IMG/VR virus record: IMGVR_UViG_3300046718_000581
Location: 1 to 54,190 of that record
DNA length: 54,190 nucleotides
Direction: 5' to 3' (one strand)
Origin: a virus
Taxonomy: Duplodnaviria > Caudoviricetes
Shown: one piece after another, positions 46,673-54,190 of the stretch
Layout of the letters: each line of letters starts with the position of its first letter
How positions within the stretch are numbered: position 1 is the first letter of the stretch
The notes under the pieces: generated by a model
Told to the model about the DNA's origin: nothing
Seen by the model: the letters and a program-made list of their open reading frames with translations, nothing else
Database searches by the model: none
Translations under genes and position numbers: made by a program

Positions 46673-46915
46673 ATGTGGAGCCAGTGGTATCTGCCCGAGC
46701 AGTTGAAAGTCTTCGGCGTCGACTTCGACATGGTCGAACGCTGGCAGGCGGTCGGCTACGCGCGCGTCGAGAAGTTCGACCTCAACGGGCGCAACGACAT
46801 CTACATCTGCCTGCGGGACTTCCTCGGCCACGACCCGGCGGTCGAGATTCCGCAAATCGACGCGGTCGTCGCGCATATGGAGCGGACCAAGGCTGTCGCC
46901 CCGCCCAACGTGTGA
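46673..46915 (+). CDS. Hypothetical protein
   Basis: AGGGGG RBS; follows portal. Confidence 0.55.
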   Translation: MWSQWYLPEQLKVFGVDFDMVERWQAVGYARVEKFDLNGRNDIYICLRDFLGHDPAVEIPQIDAVVAHMERTKAVAPPNV

Positions 46916-46916
46916 C

Positions 46917-47360
46917 GTGGTCATCGCGATCGATTTCGACGGCACCATCGTGGAGCAGGGGCACGCCTACGATGACGTGACCTCTCCGCTCGTGCTGATG
47001 CCTGGCGCGAAGGAGGCGTTGCTCGCGCTCAAGAAGGCCGAGCACCTGCTCATCCTCTGGTCCGCGCGCGCCTCGCGGTGGCTGCTCTACAATCCAAGCT
47101 ACGACCCGCTGGTCCGCGTGGGCAAGCGCCGGATGAACGTGGCGCAGTGGGAGAAGGCGCGGCCGCTCAACGTCGCCCGGTACCAGCAGATGCTGGCGTT
47201 CGTCGCGAAGGAGCTGCCGGGTATCTTCGACGCCATCGATGACGGCGCCGCTGGCAAGGTCTCCGCCGACCTGTTCATCGACGACCGCGCCATCAAGTAT
47301 GGCGAGGGCCTGTCGGGGCTGTCCTGGGCGAACATCAAGCGCGCGTATGGCTCCCCGTGA
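46917..47360 (+). CDS. HAD-superfamily phosphatase
   Basis: IAIDFDGT, WSAR, K...DLFIDDR. Confidence 0.85.
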   Translation: MVIAIDFDGTIVEQGHAYDDVTSPLVLMPGAKEALLALKKAEHLLILWSARASRWLLYNPSYDPLVRVGKRRMNVAQWEKARPLNVARYQQMLAFVAKELPGIFDAIDDGAAGKVSADLFIDDRAIKYGEGLSGLSWANIKRAYGSP

Positions 47361-47576
47361 GATTCGGGTTCGACGTCTGCGGCTTTCTGAGCGACGTCGA
47401 CCACGCGCTCCACTGCCCCGATAACCACGAGACGCCCGACGTGTTCGTGTGGTGCCGGCGCTGCCAGCACACCATGTTGGTCGAGCCCGAGGACTGCTCG
47501 TGCAGCATGTGCGGACTCCCCGTCGCCGAGCGGGCGCCTGATGACTTCTACCTCCTGTCAAGCTAGGCTGGTCGAC

Positions 47577-47975
47577 ATGAGCACCCTCAAGAACACGGGC
47601 AAGTTCAAGGGCGGCCTGCCGGCGACGGCGCACGCGCATGAGGCTAGCGGGGGGCGCGCGACGGGGACGGGCCGTGAACCATTGCCTGCGGCTGGCCCCG
47701 CCGGCGACAAGGCTGCGAAGGCGTCTGCGAAGCCCGGCTGGCAGCCGCCCGAGATGACCGGGCGCCAGCATGCTGAGCAGGTGCTCATCCATTCCGAGAG
47801 GGCGGAGCGTCACGTTGCCGCGCCGCCCATGCGCCGCGCGTTCGAGGCGATGGCGCGCGGTCATGCCGAGAAGGCGGCGTCGGTCGGCCACGGTGCCGTC
47901 GAGACTGGCGAGAAGGGCGGCATGTACTACACCTCGCCGTCGGGGCACCGCGTCTACCTCGGGGGCAACAAGTGA
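47577..47975 (+). CDS. Basic His-rich protein with C-terminal GxxGGxYY tag
   Basis: Ends VETGEKGGMYYTSPSGHRVYLGGNK. Confidence 0.7.
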   Translation: MSTLKNTGKFKGGLPATAHAHEASGGRATGTGREPLPAAGPAGDKAAKASAKPGWQPPEMTGRQHAEQVLIHSERAERHVAAPPMRRAFEAMARGHAEKAASVGHGAVETGEKGGMYYTSPSGHRVYLGGNK

Positions 47976-48373
47976 GCAAGCCCAAGATCATCCACACCAC
48001 CAAGCTGTTCGGTGGGCGGGAGACGGCGGAGGATGTTCACCGTCGGGTCGCGCTCGCCAACCGGAAGTGCCCGTGCGGACTGCCGGCGGCGACGCGCGCC
48101 ATGACGTTCGCGCCCCTCAAGGAGCTGATGGACAAGGACCCGATGCGCATCCGCTGGCTGGCCGCCCAGAACAACGGGCAGGTGCCGATGCTGCGTATCA
48201 AGACCGGGCGCAACGACGACACCGCGGCGGACTTCGTGAAGCTGGGGACCGTCTACTGCTGTGAGGTCTGCCAGCCCGCGCTGGAGAAGACCCTCGCCAA
48301 GCTCCCGTCGTGGGTGCTGGTGGACATCGACCGTGGCCCGGGCAAGGACAAGCCCATCATCCAGGTGGCGTGA
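47972..48373 (+). CDS. Zinc-binding hypothetical protein
   Basis: CPCG...CCEVC. Confidence 0.65.
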   Translation: MSKPKIIHTTKLFGGRETAEDVHRRVALANRKCPCGLPAATRAMTFAPLKELMDKDPMRIRWLAAQNNGQVPMLRIKTGRNDDTAADFVKLGTVYCCEVCQPALEKTLAKLPSWVLVDIDRGPGKDKPIIQVA

Positions 48374-48768
48374 TGCACGACAAGGCGAAGAAGCTGGCGG
48401 CGTTCGCAGGCGAGAAGAAGCCCAAGTTCGGCGGCGCTCCGCCGCAGCCGCAGAAGGGCGCCCGCCCGTACGTGTCGCTCAAGGACTTCAACGCGAGCGT
48501 CGACAAGGCCAAGCAGGCGACCGAGGCGGCCATGTCCCACAAGCCCGACGCGCCGGAGCACAAGGCGGCGCACGAGGACGCGGCGGCGCAGCACAAGGCC
48601 ATTGCCGAGACCCACGCGGCGCAGGGCAACACGACGGACGCCAAGAAACACGAGGCCCTGTCGCAGGCTCACTCGGACATCGCCAAGGGCAAGGGCCACC
48701 TGGAGACCGGACCGAAGGGCGGGCACTATTACGTTTCACCGTCGGGCGCCAAGACGTATATCGGGTAG
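48373..48768 (+). CDS. His-heptad protein with both peptide tags
   Basis: Starts MHDKAKKLAAFA; ends LETGPKGGHYYVSPSGAKTYIG. Confidence 0.75.
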   Translation: MHDKAKKLAAFAGEKKPKFGGAPPQPQKGARPYVSLKDFNASVDKAKQATEAAMSHKPDAPEHKAAHEDAAAQHKAIAETHAAQGNTTDAKKHEALSQAHSDIAKGKGHLETGPKGGHYYVSPSGAKTYIG

Positions 48769-48771
48769 CCG

Positions 48772-49326
48772 ATGGACGCGCGGCCGCTCACCGACACCCA
48801 GCCCTCGATGCCCGAGGACGCGCTCGCCGTCCCACTCACTGGCCAGGACACGGACTACTCGTGCGGCGCGGCCGCGCTGCTGGCGGTGCTCCGCTACTGG
48901 GGCGTCGGCCAGGACGTCGAGGAGTCTGACCTCTACGAGGACATCGACACGACGGAGCGGGACGGCACGCCGCCCGACGCGATGGCCGAGGAAGCCGAGG
49001 CGCGTGGTCTGAAGGCGAACTACCGCGGCGACGTCACGACGGATGACCTCAAGGATGCGCTGACCGCCGGGCTCACCGTCATCCTCGACATCCAGTCCGG
49101 CGATGACCCGAGCAGTGATGACGACGGCCACTACGTCGTGCTCGTCGGGATGGACGACGCCAACGCGTACGTCATGGACCCGGCCAGCGGTGGGTCGTAC
49201 GCATGGGTGCCGCTCGATGAGCTGGACGAGCGGTGGCATGATGATGAGGACCACGGCGCGCTGTTCATCGAGGGCACGAGCGCGCTTTCCTCGCCCTTGG
49301 CTGACGTCGAACTGGAGAGGCTGTGA
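48772..49326 (+). CDS. Peptidase C39-like cysteine protease, acidic
   Basis: Q....SCGAAAL...L.YWG, GT, GHYVVL.G.D, MDP. Confidence 0.88.
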   Translation: MDARPLTDTQPSMPEDALAVPLTGQDTDYSCGAAALLAVLRYWGVGQDVEESDLYEDIDTTERDGTPPDAMAEEAEARGLKANYRGDVTTDDLKDALTAGLTVILDIQSGDDPSSDDDGHYVVLVGMDDANAYVMDPASGGSYAWVPLDELDERWHDDEDHGALFIEGTSALSSPLADVELERL

Positions 49327-49781
49327 TGTCGAGTCATCTCGCGAAGTGGGCCAAGTCTGACCGCGGTCGTGGAGGCAAGCCCGACAAGGAGGAGAAGAAA
49401 AATTCTCCTGACGAGCAGCGCGCGCTCAAGACTCTCCAGCGCGAGGCCAAGCAGGCCGGCTCCGACCTGGCGACCGGTGGCGAGGGCGGACTTCCGCCGT
49501 CGACCGTCCTTGGCGTCATGCGCAAGGCGAACTACGAGTGCAAGGCATGCGGCCGGCTCGGCGACATGGAGACCAACGGCGGCCTGTCCATCCACCACAA
49601 GAGCGAGCACCTGGAGAACCCGAAGGCCAAGGCCCGTTCGCAACTGCTCCGCAGCCAGGGAAAGAAGGACGCCGAGAGCAACATCGTGGCGCTATGCGCG
49701 CACTGCCACGACGCAGTCCACGAGCGCGACCGGGCCGAGTACGGCGACGCCGAGCAGAAGGCGCACCCGGAGCGCCACTGA
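49326..49781 (+). CDS. HNH endonuclease with N-terminal extension
   Basis: CKAC, IHH, NIVALCAHCHDAVH. Confidence 0.85.
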   Translation: MSSHLAKWAKSDRGRGGKPDKEEKKNSPDEQRALKTLQREAKQAGSDLATGGEGGLPPSTVLGVMRKANYECKACGRLGDMETNGGLSIHHKSEHLENPKAKARSQLLRSQGKKDAESNIVALCAHCHDAVHERDRAEYGDAEQKAHPERH

Positions 49782-50290
49782 TGGCGCCGTCCAGCGTTGC
49801 CCTCCCGTACGACTCCCTGCCCGGCGTCATCTCGTCGGCTGCCCTCGCGGAGCACGTCAAGCTCTGGGCCGTCTACGAGCAGACCAAGGACAAGAACGAG
49901 CACGCTCTGGCCGGCGCACTGCTCCACGAGTTGTACTTCTCGGGGCTCACCCCCACGCCGACACCCGTCGTCCTTCCTGTTCTGCACGGGGCACTCATCT
50001 CCGCGTTCGGCTCGGTCGACGCGTTCTGGCGTGACATGGCCGCGGCCGCGATGAAGTCGAGCGGGTGGGCACTCCTCGCTGTGAGGGGGAACCACGACCT
50101 ACGCATCATCGCGCAGGATGATCACAACGGAGGAGTGCCCGGCTACGAGCCTATCATGGCCATCGATACGTACGAGCACGCCTACTGGATGGACTTCGGA
50201 ACTCGCAAGGCGGATTACTTGTCTGCGCTTTGGAAAGTCATCAACTGGCCCGAACTCGAACGCCGCTGGGCGACTGTGAGGTCTCGATGA
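49781..50290 (+). CDS. Compact Fe/Mn superoxide dismutase-like protein
   Basis: EH, LHELYF, FGS, SGW, DTYEHAY: four metal ligands present. Confidence 0.85.
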   Translation: MAPSSVALPYDSLPGVISSAALAEHVKLWAVYEQTKDKNEHALAGALLHELYFSGLTPTPTPVVLPVLHGALISAFGSVDAFWRDMAAAAMKSSGWALLAVRGNHDLRIIAQDDHNGGVPGYEPIMAIDTYEHAYWMDFGTRKADYLSALWKVINWPELERRWATVRSR

Positions 50291-50478
50291 AGTGCAAGTG
50301 CTTGCGCCCGCGCGCCGTCGGCGGCACCCAGCCCTGGCAGTGCCAGAACTGCCACGGCATCATCCCGGTCAAGGTGCAGCCGCTCGCGATTCCCGAGTGG
50401 CGCAACGACCACAAGGCTGCGTGCTCGTGCTTCGACTGCGTGTTGAAGCGCGTGGGGTTCACCGATGGCCAAGCCTAG
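50287..50478 (+). CDS. Small Cys-rich protein
   Basis: MKCKC..CQNC..H...CSCFDC; ATGA overlap. Confidence 0.5.
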   Translation: MKCKCLRPRAVGGTQPWQCQNCHGIIPVKVQPLAIPEWRNDHKAACSCFDCVLKRVGFTDGQA

Positions 50479-50800
50479 CGGAAAGAAGCTCGCCGCGTTC
50501 GCGCGCGGTGGGAAGGCCGCCCGTCTCAGGATCGTGGACACTGACCGCGGCGGCCACGAGGAACGTATCAAGGCTGCCGATGAGAAGCGTACGTTCCACC
50601 AGGACGAGATGGCCAAGCACCCGGCCGGCTCTGCACAGCACGATGAGCACATGCAGAAAGCCAACGAGGCTCACGCCCAGGTGAACCATGCGGTCAAGGC
50701 TGCCCTGAAGGACGGCCGCGGCAAGATTCAGCGCGGCGAACGAGGCGGCCAGTTCTACCTTTCGCCGGGCGGCCAGAAGGTCTACGTAACGGGTGTGTAG
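50465..50800 (+). CDS. His-rich protein with both peptide tags
   Basis: Starts MAKPSGKKLAAFA; ends IQRGERGGQFYLSPGGQKVYVTGV. Confidence 0.75.
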   Translation: MAKPSGKKLAAFARGGKAARLRIVDTDRGGHEERIKAADEKRTFHQDEMAKHPAGSAQHDEHMQKANEAHAQVNHAVKAALKDGRGKIQRGERGGQFYLSPGGQKVYVTGV

Positions 50801-50809
50801 GATTCACTC

Positions 50810-51733
50810 GTGGCGACCAAGCCTGACCCGCTCTACTACAAGACGCTGGAGGTGTCGCGGAACCGGTTGAACCGGCTCGCGGCGGACCGCAACGTCAGTC
50901 AGTTGAAGGGCCTCTACGACACCGCTCAGGACGAGCTTCACGCCAAGCTCCAGCGCACGACGCCCGGGCGGAAGGAAGATTTCACCGCACATCAGCAGCG
51001 CATCGTGCTCGCCCAGGTTCGGCAGGGTCAGGCGGTGCTGTCGAGGCGGATGGCCGGCGAGCAGGGAGACCTGACGCGGCAGGCGCAGGTGGATTCACTG
51101 CGCGGGCTCGGTTCCATGATTGGCAAGCTGGAGCAGAAGTTCACAGGCGCTGACGTCCCGCTTCCCATCGATGAAGCTGCTCGCTTCTGGGGCGTGGTCG
51201 ACAAGCGGCGCACGTCCTTGCTCCAACAGCACAAGACCTCGATGGCCAGCTACGGTAAGCGTGTGGTCGGCGCGGTCGAGCAGAACCTGGCGCTTTCACT
51301 CGTCCAGCAGGAGACCACCGAGCAGGCCATCGACCGCGTGCGCAAAGTCGCGGGCAACGAGTGGTGGCAGGCCGAACGCATCGTCCGCACGGAGACCGCT
51401 TGGGCCATGAACGCGACCCACGCGGACGGCATCGCGGAGATAGCCGAAGAGGTCGACGATATGTACATGCGGTGGACCGAGCACGTCACCGATGACGGCG
51501 AGCCGATGGACAATCGAGTCGGCGCGGACTCCATCGCGATGCACGGTCAGGTGACGCGCCCCGGCGGGCTCTTCACGATGCCCGACGAGGAGGGCGTCAG
51601 CGATTCGCTGGTCGGAATGCGCTGGGCGTTTCCCCCCAACCGGCCCAACGACCGCGCGGTCCTTTCGCCCTGGCGTCCCGACTGGGGCGGCCTGGCTTGG
51701 ACGTTCAACGGCCGGCGCAGGCGGTACTTGTGA
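50810..51733 (+). CDS. MuF / SPP1 gp7-like minor head protein
   Basis: AERIVRTE..WAMN, D.RV..D...MHGQ, PPNRPNDR. Confidence 0.82.
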   Translation: MATKPDPLYYKTLEVSRNRLNRLAADRNVSQLKGLYDTAQDELHAKLQRTTPGRKEDFTAHQQRIVLAQVRQGQAVLSRRMAGEQGDLTRQAQVDSLRGLGSMIGKLEQKFTGADVPLPIDEAARFWGVVDKRRTSLLQQHKTSMASYGKRVVGAVEQNLALSLVQQETTEQAIDRVRKVAGNEWWQAERIVRTETAWAMNATHADGIAEIAEEVDDMYMRWTEHVTDDGEPMDNRVGADSIAMHGQVTRPGGLFTMPDEEGVSDSLVGMRWAFPPNRPNDRAVLSPWRPDWGGLAWTFNGRRRRYL

Positions 51734-51773
51734 ACTACCCCTCACATCGATAGCATCTCCCACGGAGGCTCCC

Positions 51774-52319
51774 ATGGCCGTTGACCCGAAGAAACTGGCT
51801 GCGTTCGCCAACCAGAAGAAGGCGCCCGGCAAGCCTGGCGGCTTCCCCCCGCCCAAGAAGGGTGTCAACCCGTTCGCCAAGAAGGGGGGCAAGGGCGGGA
51901 AGAACGGCTACCACAAGCCGGACGAGACGTCGTCGACCGGCGGCGGCCCGCCTGGGTTCGGCAAGCATGACGATGGTGACCCGAGCCTGCACGAGGACGG
52001 TGTCGACGTCGAGGCCATCGGGCAGCGCGTGCAATCCGGCAACGGCGATGGCCGCCTGATGAAGCTCGCGAAGGGCATCACCGAGGAGACCAACCCACCC
52101 GACTCGATCACAGATGAGGACACCTGGGAGAAGGCCAAGAACGCGGTCGAGCCCAAGTGGGACGAGTACGACGAGCCCTACGCCGTCGTGATGCACGTCT
52201 ACGAGCAGATGGGCGGTGGCTTCAAGGATGGCGGCGGCAAGGGCTACGGCCACGGCCACGATGACGACGACATGGATGACGACGAGGATGAGGACGACGA
52301 TGGCGGTGGCGGCGCGTAG
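51774..52319 (+). CDS. Hypothetical protein, basic N-terminus and poly-Asp tail
   Basis: Starts MAVDPKKLAAFA; GGAGG RBS. Confidence 0.7.
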   Translation: MAVDPKKLAAFANQKKAPGKPGGFPPPKKGVNPFAKKGGKGGKNGYHKPDETSSTGGGPPGFGKHDDGDPSLHEDGVDVEAIGQRVQSGNGDGRLMKLAKGITEETNPPDSITDEDTWEKAKNAVEPKWDEYDEPYAVVMHVYEQMGGGFKDGGGKGYGHGHDDDDMDDDEDEDDDGGGGA

Positions 52320-52321
52320 GG

Positions 52322-52350
52322 TTGACAGCCCTGCCGCTCGTGGGTAGGTT
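52322..52350 (+). promoter_or_regulatory. Sigma70-like promoter for the Pth2/tRNA unit
   Basis: TTGACA-N17-TAGGTT. Confidence 0.55.
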
Positions 52351-52412
52351 GGTTCCCATGTCCTCCTCGCATTAGCCTCAGCCCTTCGGATGATTTTCTC
52401 TCCGCCGGCTCC

Positions 52413-52775
52413 GTGGACCGACACCAGCGCGACGCTGACGGTCTACAACCTCAGCACCTTCTCTATCACTACTGCATCGTCCGATCTGACCTACCAATCG
52501 GTCTCATCGGCGCCTACCTCATCCACGCATCTGACGAGTCCGTCACTGGTCCGGTCCCACCCGGCACCAACGCCGTCGCCCTTGCGGTGCCCGATGAGGC
52601 CGCCCTCACGGCGCTCAGACATGCGCTCGCAGCCGCAGGTATCGCGCATGCCGCCATCGTCGAGACGGAGGGCGCGCACGCGGGACACCTCATGGCAGTC
52701 GGCTGTGCGCCAGCGCCAAAGGCGCGACTGAAGCGCCATCTCTCGTCCTACCCCAAGCTGAAGGAGAAGCTCTGA
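52413..52775 (+). CDS. Pth2-family peptidyl-tRNA hydrolase-like protein
   Basis: Y.IVRSDL..G...AYLIHA, V.L.V.DE..L, I.E....L.AVG..P, L..Y.KL; start uncertain. Confidence 0.72.
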   Translation: MDRHQRDADGLQPQHLLYHYCIVRSDLPIGLIGAYLIHASDESVTGPVPPGTNAVALAVPDEAALTALRHALAAAGIAHAAIVETEGAHAGHLMAVGCAPAPKARLKRHLSSYPKLKEKL

Positions 52776-52782
52776 CCACCAT

Positions 52783-52859
52783 GCGGTCGTAGCTCATCAG
52801 CAGAGCGCCGAGAGTAATGACCTCGGAGGTAGGAGGGGCAGCACCTCCCGACCGCGCCA
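52783..52859 (+). tRNA. Atypical tRNA (central triplet AAU, 9-nt loop, encoded CCA)
   Basis: Perfect 7/4/5/5-bp cloverleaf stems, G discriminator, CCA. Confidence 0.85.
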
Positions 52860-52874
52860 CATTCCGGGCAGTTG

Positions 52875-52902
52875 TTGACACGTCTGTCGTCTCTGGTACG
52901 CT
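52875..52902 (+). promoter_or_regulatory. Promoter for a probably leaderless transcript
   Basis: TTGACA-N16-TACGCT; ATG at 52910 with no RBS. Confidence 0.6.
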
Positions 52903-52909
52903 TCATTTC

Positions 52910-53128
52910 ATGGCAACAATCTTCTTCACCTATCCGCTCGACGTTCCGCATCTGGAGAGCGAGCGGATTGTGAATCGAGAGAATGCCGCGCCGGGCAACG
53001 ACAGCCACCTCAAGGCGTTCCCGAATCCCGAGGCTGGCGACCTTCAGATGGACCCGATTCCGCACTTCGATCCTGAGCCGCTCTCGACTCCAGGCGCACC
53101 GTGGAAGAACATGAAAGGGGGCCGCTGA
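52910..53128 (+). CDS. Small Pro-rich protein
   Basis: Ends PGAPWKNMKGGR. Confidence 0.6.
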   Translation: MATIFFTYPLDVPHLESERIVNRENAAPGNDSHLKAFPNPEAGDLQMDPIPHFDPEPLSTPGAPWKNMKGGR

Positions 53129-53352
53129 TGCACAAGGCAACGCCAGGCGTCCACCGCTCGCTCCGCGGCATCGCCGAAGAGAAGAACGAGGCGAGTGGGT
53201 TCGACGGTCCGAGCGACGCGAGTTACGACGCCATGGGCGGCACGCCCAAGGACGCCAAGGATGTTTCACGTGGAACGTACACGTGCAACGTCATGGGCAC
53301 CCTGACCCAGACGCCCATTCCGTCGAAGTCGATCAAGAACCCCATCAAGTGA
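53128..53352 (+). CDS. Small disordered protein
   Basis: TGATG coupling. Confidence 0.6.
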   Translation: MHKATPGVHRSLRGIAEEKNEASGFDGPSDASYDAMGGTPKDAKDVSRGTYTCNVMGTLTQTPIPSKSIKNPIK

Positions 53353-53369
53353 GCAGGTAGGAGACGACC

Positions 53370-53558
53370 ATGCCCAGCGCTCCCAACGACATGGCCGGCG
53401 ACAAGTTCGGCCCCGACAAGTCGGTGAAGACCAACGTCGAGGTCTACGACGCCGAGCACGGCGAGTACGAGTGCCACGCCGGCATCAACTACATCTCCTC
53501 GCCCAAGCCCGCGAAGGACACCAAGAGCCCATTCGGTGGGCTGCACGGAGGGAAGTGA
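53370..53558 (+). CDS. Small disordered protein
   Basis: AGGAG RBS; ends KSPFGGLHGGK. Confidence 0.65.
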   Translation: MPSAPNDMAGDKFGPDKSVKTNVEVYDAEHGEYECHAGINYISSPKPAKDTKSPFGGLHGGK

Positions 53559-53561
53559 GTC

Positions 53562-53747
53562 ATGCCCATCGACCTGTCGAAGCTCGTCACTACGACCCCG
53601 TCGGACCCGGTTCACAACCTGGCCGGCGAGTATCACAACGACGTCGACGACATCCCCGACGCGGACAAGTGGCAGGAGTCGCAGATGCCGGAAGGCGCTG
53701 ACCCCTCGCCCTTCAAGCTCGGCCCGATGGCGCCCGGCGGCCGGTAG
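53562..53747 (+). CDS. Small disordered protein
   Basis: GGAGG RBS; ends PSPFKLGPMAPGGR. Confidence 0.65.
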   Translation: MPIDLSKLVTTTPSDPVHNLAGEYHNDVDDIPDADKWQESQMPEGADPSPFKLGPMAPGGR

Positions 53748-53754
53748 CTCGTAG

Positions 53755-54144
53755 GTGGCCGACCAGTTCGCACTCTCGGGCAGCTACTCGTCATCGCCGC
53801 TCGTAGGCTCGCCCTCGGGCGTGGCTTCCATTCCGGCGCCCATCGATGAGCAGCTCGTCCTGACCGCCAAGTTCTACGACACCATCATGCTTGGCGTGGA
53901 CACCCCAGTGTCGGTGCCGTTCAACGTCGGCGGCGTGTCGAACGCAGCGGTCGTGATCATCAAGGTGACCGGGCAGAAGGTCAAAGCCCGGTTCACCAGC
54001 ACCGACGGGATTCAGCAAGCGGTCCCCATCGACACGTTCTTCGCGAACATCTCGCGCACGGTTCCGATCACTGCCATCGACTTGACCCGTACTCCTGGTG
54101 TGAGTACAAGAGTCGACATCTTCATGGGCCAGGTGTCGCCGTGA
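53755..54144 (+). CDS. Beta-rich putative structural protein
   Basis: Val/Thr/Ser-rich composition, late region. Confidence 0.55.
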   Translation: MADQFALSGSYSSSPLVGSPSGVASIPAPIDEQLVLTAKFYDTIMLGVDTPVSVPFNVGGVSNAAVVIIKVTGQKVKARFTSTDGIQQAVPIDTFFANISRTVPITAIDLTRTPGVSTRVDIFMGQVSP

Positions 54145-54190
54145 CCCTTGAGCCACCCTCGCTGAGGAGCAGACCATGAGCGTTACCGCG

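Noticed and set aside
49538-49780. N-terminal extension of the SOD-like ORF
   Set aside because: Shadow frame of the HNH gene; coupled start at 49781
52390-52731. 113-aa Ser/Thr-rich ORF overlapping the Pth2-like gene
   Set aside because: Alternative frame of a gene with recognisable family motifs

Overview
A 54 kb slice of a high-GC tailed (Caudoviricetes-type) phage genome, open at both ends. The major capsid and most tail genes lie outside the window. Order: end of a Gly-rich tail-fibre-like gene; lysis cassette (TM proteins, lipoprotein, papain-family peptidase, M15A endolysin); a divergent early region driven by near-identical TTGACA-N16-TATACT promoters carrying a palindromic operator (MoxR ATPase/VWA-peptidase, HD hydrolase, RelA/SpoT small synthetase); replication/recombination genes (SF2 helicase, split primase-helicase, UDG-PolA fusion, SSB, Mre11/Rad50); a nucleotide-modification cluster; then terminase, portal, MuF-like and many small head-region genes, a Pth2-like gene and an atypical tRNA. 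Strongest candidates for undescribed systems: (1) a DpdA/TGT-like + ParB + LOG + divergent FolE + DUF3050 + Nudix cluster with no queC/D/E in the window, suggesting a base-modification route other than the standard 7-deazaguanine one; (2) shared short peptide tags (GxxGGx[YF]YxSxxGx[KR]xY and Lxx[FW]A) on several head-region proteins and on a distant alarmone synthetase, suggesting virion cargo addressing; (3) promoter-ORF cassettes whose stop codons sit in the next promoter's -35 box; (4) two non-canonical tRNA-like RNAs, one paired with Pth2. All family calls come from motif recognition by eye, not from database searches.
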